Part shown: positions 43,665 through 58,600 of the stretch, in pieces | Numbering within the stretch: the stretch's first letter is position 1 | Layout of the letters: every line of letters begins with the position of its first letter | Source of the DNA: Candidatus Omnitrophota bacterium | GTDB lineage: Bacteria > Omnitrophota > Gorgyraeia > Duberdicusellales > 4484-171 | DNA: 64,000 nucleotides | Assembly: GCA_024231025.1 (NCBI GenBank) | Contig: JAAEQW010000341.1 | Coordinates: 54,155 to 118,154, forward strand | Direction of reading: 5' to 3' | Position numbers and translations under genes: made by a program | Notes under the pieces: generated by a model | Databases searched by the model: none | Seen by the model: the letters and a program-made list of their open reading frames with translations, nothing else | What the model was told of the DNA's origin: nothing

Positions 43665-46600
43665 CTACTTTTCACTATCCTTCTTAATCGAATCATAAAC
43701 ATCTTCATCGATAGTACCAGATTTTCCGTCTCCACTCAATGGATGGTAGAAAAATATTGATGGCGGAGCAACCGGTGCCCCAATTTGAGGCATAGTTTGT
43801 GAAAGCGGCGGCAACTGTACCGCCGGCACTGTTGGCAATGTCGCTGGAGCATCCATTACAACATCTGGCACAACTTCCAAAGCAGCCGGCACTGGTGTTT
43901 GTATCAATGGAATATCGATCATAATTTCGGGTTTAACATCTAAATTTACAGGAGGCATCGGTGGAATGATCGGTATGATTTCCACTTCAGGAACAACTGC
44001 AGGAGGTGTTAACTTATCCCTAAGCATATCGATTAAGCTTGGCTTAGATGGTTTTGCTTTTCTCTCTTTCTCTAACTCTTTTTCAAGCGGCGGTAGAATG
44101 ATTTGATTTGCACTCTTGATTTCTGCTAAAGCAGCAACTTCTCGACTGGCAATTAGCTCATCATCAAGATAATCTTTAGCAGCCGCTGCTTTTTCTATCT
44201 GATTATCATCGAAAAGCTTACGACTAGCAGAATCAATATCCTGCCAAGAAAAATCAGCGTTAACGCCTTTCACCAATAGAGCCGGGCTATAATTGCGTAA
44301 CTGCAATCTTGCCCCTTTAGCGGCCCAAAGATCATTAATTCTCATGTTACCGCTTGCTGCCAAAACAGCAACGATACCTCCATAGGATATAACAAAATCG
44401 GCGATGAAGTCATCAAACACTTCTTCAACCCAAATATCGCCAAAGGCTCTAATGTTAAATTTGTAACTACCTGCAATAATTCGATTATTCTGCGAACCAA
44501 CGCCTCCATTAATCGCGCTGAGATTGATCACATTACCAATTAAATTTATCCCCAAAGGATTACCGTTAATCAACGAACCATCAATAATCATATTAACATC
44601 ACCGATTTCTGATCGGATCTGGTTGATAATCATATCTCCGTTAACCTCATTTAAATTAATTCCTAAATAAGCTTGCGCGTCGACAACGCCGGTTGTGTTT
44701 AAATCTAAGTAGTTAGCAGTCTGCCCTATTTGACCGGTATTCGCGATCAAATTAACATGGTTAGAATTAATGTTGCTTGTTTGCGTATTGTCGGCATCGA
44801 AAATTGACCATGATGCATCCAAGTTAGTTGTGCCAAGTAAAGTGTTGATCGTGCCAAGATTAATGTTTCCGGCTAAAGTTTTAACGCTCACATCACCTTG
44901 ATCGGCAGTAACCACTCCGGCATTAAAATCACCATCGGTAACAAGTAGATTTATATTACCGGTAATCGTGCGCAAATTGCCTACGTTCATTTCACCGATT
45001 GTTTCGTTTAAGAACATGTCACCATAGGAATAAGCATTAATTAATCCTTTGGTAGCATTCGATGAATCAAAATCAAAATAATTATCACTACTTCCAATTT
45101 GCCCATTGGTTGCGGTTAAGTTGATATTGATTGCGTTAATGTTGCTACTATCGCTATTGAGTAAATCATTTATGCTATTGTAAGCAGTAATTGTAGTTGT
45201 GCCTTGTGTTGAGTTGATCAGACCAACATTTACATCCGCATTTTCACCGATCAAATTAACATTTCCGTTAAGTGATGTAATTGTGTCAACATTCATGTCG
45301 CCGTCAACCTCGCGAATGTATGCATTCTGGCTGACTTGCGCGCTTAATAATCCACCTAGAGTATCGACATCTAAATAATTGCCCTCTGCTCCTACATTAT
45401 CGCTGGCAATTAAGCTTATGTTGAAAGCATTAATGTTAGAGACATCACTATTGAGGCTGTCGACAATCGAGCCAAAAGCAGATAACACAACATCATCACT
45501 TGCAAAAATATGATCCACAAGCAAGTCATTTAATGACGTAATGTATACATTCTCAGAAGAGTTAACGCTTAGCCCATGACTTCCCCACAATTCAATTTCT
45601 AAAGGATTAGAAATAGATCCAATCGAAGCAACAACGCTAGTAAAAAACAAATCCCTTGCCCTAATGTCTACCGTTGCATCATTGGCATGATCAAAAATAC
45701 TTCCAACCGATGATAAATAAACATCGCCGCCTGTTGACTCAATATAGCCGATATCCATGTTGTCAATTGCTTCATTAATGTGAATATCTCCCGGTGCGTT
45801 AGCATTAACTAAACAACCAACATCAAAGAAATCATCAAAAGTACCAATCACTCCGTTTTGAGCATTCAGGTTGACTACTCCGGCAACAGCATTTGCGCCA
45901 CTGCCTGCGCTATTATCAAAAATTGAACCAAGAGCATCAATAATTGCCTGACCATTAGTCACAAAAATATTGTTAATATACGCATCACCATCAGGTGCAA
46001 AAACTTCTGCATCGCCGTCTTCAGTAACTTTAATGTCATCAACTTTTAAATTTCCAGCAGTTTCAAGCAAGTAGACACCGTTTTCGGCAGCAGTGTGGAC
46101 TTCGCCTAAAGATAAGGTATCAATTTCAAGGAAATTATCTTTTAGCCCAACTGTTCCTTTCTGAGAATCGTTAGCTTGTACCGTTACAAAAGATAAGTAC
46201 TGACCGGTAATACCTGCTGCTTCGTCCGCATCACCATCTAAAATTGAAGCGTAAGCATCAAGGCTTACATCGCCCAGTAGAGTATAAATTCCTCCACCAA
46301 GAGAATGAACAACAATATCAAGATTACTTTGTAAATTAATATTGCCTCCGGCAATTAAGCTTCCGGTATGAAGATTATGTTGTGGACTAGCAACAAAGAT
46401 ATCTCCACCAACATCGCCACTTAACAATCCTGTAGCATCAAGCCCAACATCTAAAAACTGCCCTGCGCCTGACCCACCAACATCGCCTGGGGCCTTTAAG
46501 TAAAGACTCTCGGCTCTTACATCTAGGCCGCCGGTTTGTAGCGCATCAAAAATTGAATTTGAGGAATCAAGGCTAATGTGTTTTACAGCATATAAACTAT

Positions 46601-49600
46601 CAACTAAGATGTCTCCCGTGTTTTCCTTAATAAAAATACTATCGCCTGCGCGAGCAGTCAGCTCACCGCTAAGATCAATTAACAGCTCATCACCTAGCCC
46701 AGTGCCAACGCTATTATCAGCTGCCTCTAAGATTGTATCACCGCTAATTAAGCTAACGCCGCTTAAAGCCTGGCTAATACCTTTGGCTACTTTAATTCTG
46801 GTGTCTGCAGTACCAGCATCAATCATTCCAAGTTTTAGAGAGCCTTCGCTGCCAAGATAGATATTATTGTTATTAGATGAAGCGCTAACTACTCCTCTAG
46901 CTTCAATGTCAACATCATCACGTAACTGGATAGTTATTGACTCTGAACTCTGACTAAGAATATCCTTGCGCTCTGCAGCCATCAAGATAAGAATCTTATC
47001 TAAAATTGCTTTCTCTTCTGGAACGCTTTCGTCCAATTCCGACCAAGGCTTTTGTCTAAGCTCAGCAATAGTTATTGTTACCGCGTCTAAATCTTTACCA
47101 ATCATGCCATTAGCAAGTAAGCCAACATCTGTACCGATAACATTTGGATCTTCGATGCGCACTTCAGTGTCTGAAGTTTCCTTTAAAATACCAACACCAA
47201 GTGAATTTTCGAGCTGATCCTTGGTCCATGAATAACCATCAGTTAACCTGTTCCAATCATCTGAGCCTTCGGCAATATCATAAGTCCATCCAGCATCATA
47301 AATATCACCTTGACTACCATAAGTTAAGTGAAGCGCGTGATACTCTGCGGTTCTCTTATCTTCTAAATCGGTCATCTGCACTTGAGTCCAGCTCATATCA
47401 GTATAATGAGTGACTTCAGCATCAGTTAACTCAACCCTAAAACTTGCTTTATAAACGGAAGGATCATCTTGTGCGTTACGGTATCTCCAGTAAGTAGTGT
47501 ACTGGCGCTCTCTTAGCCTTTCGTAAGCATCAACCGTACGCTGCGCGCTATCGCGAGCTTTGGTGCTATCGTCATCATCACGCAATTCCATCTCTTCCCA
47601 AAGATTAAGCAATGCGGCTTTGGTTCTTTCATCAACCGTTTCAACGCTATTATTATCAATAATCGCAGCCGGTGCATCAATTGCAACATTTCCACCTAAA
47701 GACTCAGCTTTAATCAAGTAGAGATCACCACTTATCTCCTGAATATACATATCCCCAGCTGAGGTAGCATGCAATCCACCATTCTCCGATGAAGCACTGT
47801 CGACACGCGCTACATTTAAAGCTGATCCAACGTCGCCATGGCTAGACACAATACCAACCTTGTTGCCTTTAATAAGGTGGCCCGCTCCGCTACCAACAAT
47901 ATCGGTATCCGCTGAAACTAACACATCACCTGTCGTAGTAATTGAAGAATAACGCAAGTCACCCGAAGGAGCATGAACGCGAATATCCCCACTGGCTGAC
48001 AAAGCTTGGAGTTGACCATTATTAACAAAACTAATATTGACTGGTGCCTCAATTATTCCATGCTCTAAATCCTCTATAACACCAATGCCGGTTTGTGCAT
48101 TCAAATTGACTGCATCTGCAGTTATACCTGCATACTCATCTAAACCTTGAGTAATATTTGCACCAGTTGTGATGTTAATCGCTCCGGAGCTATTTTTAAT
48201 TGGACCATCAACAATAACTCCAGCATTAGAGGTAACATTAATTAAACCGCTAGTGTAACCCATAAAATTAATATTAATTGGATTAGAAGCCTTGATGTTA
48301 AAATTATGCAAAATTGTTTCAGTTGCATAACGCTTGTAATTTTCATGATCCTTAATGTAAAGTACCGCCATTACGTCCATATGCCATCCACTATTCCAAT
48401 ACCAAGGAGTCTTGGTTAAATAGTATGAGCGATCGTACCAGAATGTTTCATTGTGACCGGGCGCAACCCGCAAGGTATCTGCGCCAATTGGAGTTGTCGG
48501 TTGACGCGTAGTAGCAGTAACCCCTCCCCAATGATAGTCAGTTCCGGCATTAATACCAAAAACACGATGACGATATCTGGTTTGCCATTCGGTCCAAGTT
48601 GCTCGATCACGCAACGTCCAAGAATAGTACTGATTTGCTCTTGGATTATATTGAGTAGCTTTAGAGCCCCAAGCTGTAATAATGCCATTATCCAAATCTA
48701 AAATGCCTGTGGCATTATTGTTAGTAAACTCTATGATGTTCCCGTTAATTCGTTTAATTAAAGTAATCAACGGATCACCGGAAATTGATTTTTTAGCTAA
48801 ATCAGTAATTTTAACCGTTCCCTCAATACCGTTACCCGTGTTAAGCGAACGTAACCTTATGCCATAGTTTGATGGATTAGTAATATTAATCCGACCGTAA
48901 CCATCCATAATTTTTAGCTCACCAACAGCAGTATTCATAATGTTACCAAAAAGCTCCATATACCCACCCATGATCTCACCAACGCCTAATTCAAAACACT
49001 GATTTTGCGCGTCAAAGAAAAGCGGTATATTAGCCATATCTTCGGTTCCGGCTTTTTTATAAGTAGCAAGCGGAACCTCATAAAGAGCATTAGTGCCTGG
49101 AGTCCATGTGCTTAAAAAGTTCTGCGCCGCAGCGATTGCAGCCGGTGTAATGTGAAGCATCTTATCCTGAACACCGCTTTGAATGATGCCATTAATGTTA
49201 AGGTATTCACCGGCAATAAAAACCATATTTCCGGCAATTACCGATGGCTCACTAGCAAAATCGGTGTTAATCAAAGTTGCTGGAAGACCCCAATGGGTTA
49301 CATCATAACCACCATTATAGGCTGAATTAATAATCGCATCCCAATGAGTCTTAATATCTCCGGCGATATTCTTAAATCCATCGCTATAGCCAATAAACAC
49401 ATTACGTCCAGCCTTAATGCGAATAATATCGGCAATAATGTCTACACCTTGTTTCACCTGAACACTACCATAGCGGCTATTAATATTAATCTCTCCATTT
49501 AAATTGCGAATATCACCATCAACAAAAATGTCCGGCGCGCGCATACCATAAGGAGCTGCACGAGTGTTCAAAACAGAAATCAGCGGTGTTGAGTCGGAAG

Positions 49601-52600
49601 AAGTTTCAATGTAGCCAAAATTAGCGACTCCACCCATATTGCGTTTGTTAATGTCATTATTCGTCTTGACTTTCGCATTGTTATAAAAAATGTCTCCACC
49701 TTGTTCATCAGGAATTGTCATCTTATTTGTACGCAAACAATTCATGCTCTCGTTTTTAATTTCGATTAAAGTATCACCAGGGGCAATCAACTGACCCGCC
49801 AAAGATGACGTTAAAGAATTAGTTTTGATGTAGATATTACTTGATTTTGCGGTAATTTCTTGATCAACCTTCATTACGCCAATATTTGCGCTGCCGCCAA
49901 GATCAGAAAGCTGTGCTTCCAGCATTGATTTTTCAGCTCGATACTTTGCCAATAGGCCTCTTAAGTCATCAGTATCATTAGTATCTGGAATCAATTGCGA
50001 CTCCAAATCAATAATCTCGGCGTTAAGCTCAATGATACGAGTATTGATGTTCGAAATAGATGTGGCATAAACTCCAATCAATGTTGTATTTTCATCAATA
50101 TCACTTTGCAATAGAACATTGTCATCAGTAAAATCCTTGTTTTGATCAGTTAAAGTTTTATTTTCATCTTGCAAGTCAACAATTTCATCATTGATCTCCT
50201 TGATCCTAGCCTTATCGTCTTTAGGGTCAAGGCCCGCTAATTCGGTTTGCAAGCCACTTATTGTTTGGTCGTTAGTGGAAATTGTTGTTTTATTAGTGTT
50301 GATTGTATTCTTATTGGCAGTAATTGTGTTATTCTTAGTTGTGTTATCATTTGTTAAATTAGTCTTCTTTGTTGTCTCATCGTCCCTTTGACTCTCTTTG
50401 TTAGTCTTTTCGGTTTCTAAACCGCTAATTTGATTAGCCACATCACCATTAGCATAGTTGCTAGGGGTGCCACTATCAACCTGATCTTTAATCGCATTAA
50501 TCAAAGCATCTAAGGTATCGATGCGTCCTTGAATATCATTAGGTAGGTTCTCGCTGTTTAGTGTAACTGAGATTCCATCGCTAGTGTTAGTTTCATCAAC
50601 TGTGCCATCATTGTTAATGTAAAGCTTTTTGACGTTTTCAATACCGACTTCAACTTTACCATCAATATTAATTGACGTTTTTGATATATCAGTTGAAGAA
50701 CCAGCCTTAATGTCTAACGACACATCTCCTCCGCCAACAAGATTACTAAAGAATGATCCGATTGCGGCTAAAACTTCACGATAAAGATCTTTTCCTACAC
50801 CATAACCTTTTACACTAGTGCTTCCTCTCTCGGTAAATAAACGAATATGACCAACACTTCTAAGGTCAGCACCGGAACCAATGTTAATGCTAGCTGCCTG
50901 ATCAACGCGTGCGTCAGCATCAGGTTTAGTCTCAACCGGAAACGCGGTTTTATTCCAGAGATCAGTATTGGCAAAAACATCAAAATCATTAACTGCGCCA
51001 TTATAATTTTGCCCAGTCATAAGGTTAATATCACCTTTACTCAAGATTAATGTGCCCGCTCCGATGCTAATCGCATTTCTAACAATCGTAGTTGATACAG
51101 AAGCACCTTGCGCCGCACCTGCCGCACCATAAGTTTTGACATTAACATTAGTTGAGATCGCAGCTTTTGTGCGCAGGGAGATATCAACATCGCCGATGCT
51201 TTCAAGACTTGAACCGCTACCAATACTAATTGTAGAATTATTCTTAGGATTATTAATGATTGATACCGCTTTTGCAATTGCAACCGCTCCTCCACAATCA
51301 AGTTTAACTTTATCGTACATGTCTGAGTAGTTAAATGCGCTTAATCTAATTGTTCCTGGATTAGATGGATCACCGAGCACTCTAATTATACTGTTATCAC
51401 CAATTGTGATATTAGTATCACCAAACACAGTTGATCCACTTTGCGCGGCAGCCCCACCAACAAATCCGCCAGCACCAGAATTGATGTTATATCCAATATT
51501 ATTTTTAAACATGTAGTTAGACGCGTCCATCTTAAAATCTAAAGATGTGATATTAGCATCTGCACCGAGGGTAGCATTAACGTCACTCGAGACATAATTA
51601 TTTGCCCAAGCACCACTCAAATTCAAAACTGCGGCACTTACGCTGTCGGCTTTAGAATTAAAGTTGGTTGAATGGCTAGCGTTAACTTTAACTTGCTTCA
51701 TGGTGTTACCGATGACATTACTACCAACCTTCGCTTCGGTATTAGCAATTGTCTGTGTTGCACTATCTGCAGCCTTTAGACCAACATTAATCACGCCACC
51801 AGAACCGGACTGGGCCTGTGCGTAATTCAAATCACTACCAATAGCCACAACTTCAAGGTCTCCTCCGATAAAAGTAACTGTATCGGCGACTGTTGCTTTA
51901 ATTGTGTTGTTAGAATTAGCCCGAGTCTTGTTGACACCAACAGCAATAATTCCTCCGTTCTTACCAGAAACATAAGCTTTCTGACTAGTAGTTGAATTGG
52001 CCGCAACTTTAGTTTTTCCTGAAACACCAATGTTAGTGCTTCCGCCAATCTGACTGCTAACTCTTGCTGTATTGTCAGCTAAACTTTCAGTACCTACTCC
52101 GCCTAAAAGCAAACCGCCGGATGCAGCCTTTGTTGTTGCATACGCCGCGTAGCTTTGTCCCGACTGTAATTTTTGCTCGGCAGTAACTGATAAGTTAGCA
52201 GCATTAATAAAGCTATTTGCTCCTGTGTAGGCAGTTACAATTGAGCTTATTCTAGCCTCGGCTAAAGAAATACCGACTGAACCAAGAATTGAAATCGCCA
52301 GTGCACCGCTTGATACATATGCGCGCGGATCAGTTGTTGCTAAAACTACGATATCATTAGCAGTTAAAATGTTTGCGTTATTACCAATGTAAGCTGAAAC
52401 TGTTGACGAAATAAGTGCCTCGCTGTCTGAACCTGATCCGGAAATTATTCCCGCGGCTCCGGCAGTTGTTTTAACAGTTGCAGTCTCGGTTGCATCGGCT
52501 CTTATATTCAAGCCGTTAACAGCTTTGCCGACGTCACGGCCAATGCGTGAATTATTTTCAACGCTAGCCTGTGTTTGACCATCAATGTTAACTTTTGCTA

Positions 52601-55600
52601 CTGACGCACCAACACCAATAGCACCTACCGCACAACCAACGCTTTCTACAACAACACTGCGATCAGTAAACGCGTGGACATTAATTGTATTAGCATTCTT
52701 TATGTTAGTGTATTGCCCAACTGTTGCCAGAGTCTTTGCGCTGTCATTAACAACTGCAACTGCAGCACCAGCACCGATGAATCCTCCGCCTCCGGCAAAA
52801 GCCTTGGCATTAACGGTTTCATCAGTATCGGCAATAACATCTACGTTACCAATAGCATCAACCGTTGAATACTCACCGACTGACGCGCCGGTACTTTGAT
52901 TAATACCAATTACACTGATTCCGGCACCGACACCCGCGCCCAAACCAACCGCAACCGCACCGGTTAAAGTTTTAGCGTTAACTGTATCTTGCGCCTTAAC
53001 TTCTACTTTTCCACCGGTTGTAATAGTTGTTTGATCACCAATTGACGCACTGGTTGCACTCAAGACGGCAGCTGAGGTATTATTCATATCACCGGCAACA
53101 CCAACGTTGGATGTCTTATCCTCGATAATTCCTTTTGCTTTTTGGTGACGGCTATCCGATGAATCCATCATCGCATTATTATCACGCGATGTATCTTTAT
53201 CAGCATAACTTGCTGTCTTACCATCACCAATACCCTCCTGAGTATCAGCATCTAGCGCACCACCAATAGTAATTACACTGATTGCCCCCCCAACACCAAC
53301 TGCCAAACCCGCACCGCCGGCAATTGTGTAAGAATCAACGATCTTAGTTGAAGCTGCGTTAACGGTTAGGTTTCCTCCGGCATGCAGTTTTACCTCATCG
53401 CCAACCGAAGCTACAGCTGAACTTCTAATAATATTTACATCGGTTGCAACACCGGCTCCGGCTGCAAGGCCTCCACCAACACCACCGGCAGAACTGCCGA
53501 TATTAGCGCTGTCACTTGCTTGAACGTTTACGTGTTGATTGCTTGCGGAAGATTTTTGATTAATTTTAGCATTAGTGCCAATAAAAGCCTGCGTAATTGA
53601 TTTAATAAGATTAACGCTAACTGCACCGGCAACTCCCGCCGCTCCGCCCAATGCACCAGAAACTATAAACTTTGTAATGTTAGCAACCGATACCGCCTTA
53701 ACTTCGGTAGTGCCTAGGGCATCAGTTTCGGCTTCATCGGCGATCGACGCCTGCGTTGTGCCTGTTACCTTAGTTACGTTTACAGTACCTGCTGCACCAA
53801 CCGCTAAACCAACACCAGCTGAACCAGCGGTGCTATTTACGCTAGTTGTATCAGACGCACGCACTCCTATTCCACCGGCATCAATGACTGCCTTGCCAAT
53901 TGCGGCAATTGTATCTTTAATAACATCAATGATTACAATTGTTCCGGAAACAGAAAATCCACCCGCAGCAACACCTACGGCGATTGATTTAATAATTGAG
54001 CTAGATACACTTTCAACATCAACATTATTATTGGCGTTAATGATTGATTCTCCAATCGAAGCTTCAACGGACTTCGCGATAACTACCGTATCAATAGCGG
54101 CACCGCCGGAAACGAATCCACCGGTTATCGATTCGGTATTCCCATCAACAACAGTTGCATCGTTTGCTTTAATCTTAACATTTTGATCACCAACACCATC
54201 TTTACCTGCAGAATTGATTGTTACGCTATTGCCAACAGTTGCTTTAGTCTCAGTTGCAACAACCGTTGTTTGAATTGACGCATTTACTCCGGCTAAAGCT
54301 GCCCCGCCAATACCTATCGTATCAACATCAATATTCTGAGAAGAATGGGCAACAACATTTAACCCCTTAACTGTACCAGGAATGTAAGTGCCTGCTCTGC
54401 CCAATGCATTGACTTGTGCATTGTCATCGATGTGTGCGTGAGTCTTATTTACAATAGTATTTACATTTAAGGTTCCACCAACTCCAACGCCCAGCCCAAC
54501 ACTTGCGCCTCCACTGACCGCGTTAAGGTCAACTTCGTCACTTGCAACCACAACAACATTACCTTCTGATTCAATATCCGCATCGCCAATACCAGCATCG
54601 GTCTCATTATCTAAAACATTAACCGAAATTACTCCGCCTAAGCCTCCGCCAAGACCAGCCGCTAAACAAACTGCGAAAGTATTAAAGTCCTCGTAAGAAT
54701 TAGCAAGCACACCAATCGTATGAAGTGCCCCGATATTAGCTCCGCTAGCAATATAAGCTAATGTCTTTTTAGCAACAACATTGGTTGAGCTGGAAATTCC
54801 AACCCCGCCCCCGACCGCAACCGCTCCGGCACCAATCTTTGTATCTATCTTTGAATCACTATCGGCAGAAACTATGACTGACTGATTCGATTTTCCGGTT
54901 GTTGTATTCTGATTAATGTCTGCATCATCAATATGGGCTAAAGTTTGCGATGTATCAACGACAACTGCGATCGCTCCGCTATTAGCCGCACCAGGTCCGG
55001 CAACAGCCAAACACCCAGCACCAGTTACCAACTCTTCATCCTCGATAGCATTGACGGACAATACCCCATCAACATCAACTATCGCGCCATCATCAATGAA
55101 CGCTTCAACTTTATTCGTTACAACATTAACGCCAACTGAAGCACCAAATCCACCACCCATACCGCCGGCTAAACTACCAACAAATAGCTGCGACTTAGTA
55201 TTGTCGCGAGCCTGAACGGTTAAATCATTTCCCGCCTTAACTTTTGCGCCGACACCAATAAACGCCTGAACTGGCGCATCTGAATTTTGAGCATTGATAT
55301 CATCGGTAATTTTGTAGCGATCCTGCTGTGCAGTATTTTGATTAGTCATATCTGTTGATGCTTGGTACTCATTGCCAACACCTTTTTGTTCTTCAGACAC
55401 ATCGTACTGTGACCATTCATCAGTCGTTGCGATGTTGTCATTTAAACTACCCTTTGCATCTGCATTCAATGGTCCGCCAACTACTGCAACACTAACGGCC
55501 CCGGCTAAACCCGCGCCAGCACCGATACCTGCGGTACCAACGTAAGACTCTAATTGTTTATTTGATGCGGCATCAACTAGTATGTCACCGGTCGCGTCAA

Positions 55601-58600
55601 CGAAACTATTTGACCCAATTTTCGCTGTAACAGAATTTCGAATTACATTTACATTTAAAGCAGCGCCGGCTCCAACCGCCAATGCACCACCAACCGAACC
55701 AACGATCGAAGCAATCGTTGCGGTATCGCTGGCAGTAACTTTTACATCAGTACCGGCAATGTTCTGATTAATTTTAGTATTGTTGCCAATTTCAGCCTGA
55801 GTTGTTGATTTTAAAACATTAACATTAATTGAACCGGACACACCAGCGGCACCCGCAAGACCGGCACCAATTGAACTACTGGTAATTCCAGCCTCTGAAA
55901 TTGCTGATACATGAGTTGTACCTGCCGCGTCAGTTTGAGCATAATCACCAATGTAAGCACGAGTTGTATTGGCAATAGTATTAACGCCAATTGAACCAGA
56001 CACCCCGGCAAAAACACTGGCGCAAAATGATGCAGTAAGCAGCAAGACGTCCATTTCATCATAAGCGGCAACCATGATGTCGCGTCCGGCCATTAAATTT
56101 GCACGGCCCGCAACACCAGCTGAAGTATCGGCAACGCCAACATTAACTCCGATTGCTCCACCTACACCAGCATAAAGTCCACCGGCAATATTACCAACAA
56201 GTGAATTCATCCGTTCGCTCGATTGAGCTTTAATTATAATATCTTCTTTAGCATTAACTGTTGAATGTACTGGAACACCTGATTTTAAATCACGACCAAT
56301 ACGCGCATGTGTATTTTTAACTAAAACTACCGGCGTAATCCCTACTCCAACACCCGCTCCGGCAATACCAATCGCGATTGATCCATTTGCACCATAAATT
56401 CTAGTATGATCGGCTGCCATCAGCATTACACTCTGGTTAGCTGCAGCGGCACTGTTGTTACTATTAATCGCGACATTATTGCCAACAAGGGCATTAGTAT
56501 TATTAACGACTGTAGTTAAAGCACCGGATCCGCCAACGCCAGCGACCCCGGAACCAGAAATACCAACGATCCCGTTAATAACAGTTTCATTGGAAAGTGC
56601 GGTAATTGAAAGACCTTTAATTGTAGTTTTATCCTTGCGATTGCGCAAAGGTGTAAGTTCTGAGGCGTTAAAACTTTCAGCGATTGAATCCCAGGCATTA
56701 CCCGGATCATCTTTGCTGCTTTCGCCAAACTTACCGCTCCATTCATCATCGCCAGGCTTATAACCGGCATCATTGGCACCCGTAAGAGTGCCGACGTTAG
56801 CTAAGTAACCCGCCGCATGACCGCGAGCGTTAACAATTGAATTATCAGCAATCTCTGCGCTTGTATTTTTAACGATTGTATTAATATCAAGCGTTCCACC
56901 AACTGACGCGGTTGCCGAAATTCTCCCCGATCCCGCAACATTAGTCATAAATGTGTCATCTTCGGCTTCTAAAGCAACATTACCCTCGGAATCTACAGTC
57001 GCCCCTTCCTTTATATAGGCGTGGGTATTATTTACCATGGTATTTAAAACCAAAACCCCGCCTACCGCGGCGGCACCTGCACCTTGAAGACTCAACCCTC
57101 CACTGGTTATAATCTGATTATCATGAGCGCCAATAATGACATCGTCATTAGTGTAGACTTTCGCATCTTTACTAATATTTGCGTAAGTGCTATCAACAAC
57201 CGCATTGATTACTGCGGTTCCACCAACACCGGCAGCGCCCCCAGCACTTGCAGCCCCACCAACTGAAGCAATCATCAAATCATTATCTGCATCGACGACC
57301 AAAGAATCACCACGATCACTTTCTTTATTGATTTCGGTACGCTCGCCAACCTCTGCCAAAGTATTTAGGATAATTACATTCAAAGCTAATGAACCCATTA
57401 CCCCGGCAGTTCCTGCTCCACCGGCAGCAACGGTTGCAATAACATGATCTTGATCCGATGTGGCAATAACTTGCGCGTCGCCTTTGACATTAACTTCTGA
57501 GTCAGGCCCAATAACCGCGCGAGTATCACGATTAATAATGTTTAGCGCCATTGCACCACCTACTGCGGCCGCGCCTGCACCTTGAAGCGATCCTGAAACA
57601 ACAGTTGCGAATGTTTTGTCGTGTGCTTCAACTGATAGGTCTCCTCCAACATTAAACGTATTACCTCCGCCGATAAAAGCAGATGTATTACCCAAAGTAT
57701 CGGGACTTCCTGCACCTGATGATGTTTGGAAAAACTCTGAAACAGTAATTTGGCTGTTTTCGTCAACGAAATCTGAAACAGTATGTTCAATGCCTTCAGT
57801 GTCAATGAATGTTCTATTACCTTCTTCTCCGAGTTGGCCATCGGTTTTTGATTTTGCGCTATCGCTATCTAATTGTGAATTAGGGGTATTGGTCTTGTTG
57901 CCATCTTCATCCTTACTTGCCAGGGCATCATTTGCATCGGCATTATCCATTGCCTGGCCAATTGCAACTACCGCAACTGCTCCGCCTACTGCAGCAGTTC
58001 CCGCGCCGCCTCCGGCAATACCTAAAGAATGAACCGCGTTGTCACTCTCACCATAAATATCTACATCTCCACCAGCATCAGCTAATACACCTGACCCAGT
58101 ATTTGCGCTTGTCTTATTTAAAATTATTGTGATGTCCGCGGCCCCGCCGATTGCTGCAGTCGATGACGCAGCAACGCTGCCCATCGCACTCAATGTGTTA
58201 ACCTTATCAATAGCTTGAATTTTTATATCCTGACCAGTGATATTATCGCTTTCTCTAAATCCAGCACTCTGGTTAACTTTAGTTCCGCTGTCAATGCGGG
58301 CGATAGTATCGGCCTTAATTACTTTTACACCTAATGATCCAGCCACTGCGGCATTACCACCAACTGATACGCCGGCAGCAAATTGATCAATATCTTCTTG
58401 TGACTGAGCTTTTACTCTGGTTTCACCTTTTGCATCAGTTGTGTTATTAGTTCCAATTTGAGCTCTAGTTTCGTTAACCATTACAGCAACAGAAGCGGCC
58501 CCGCCAACTGCGGCGGTCTGTCCACCGGCGATAACCGCATCAAGCGTTAAAATTTCACTTTCGTTTACTGCGTCTAAAGTTAGATCGCCGCTATCAGCAA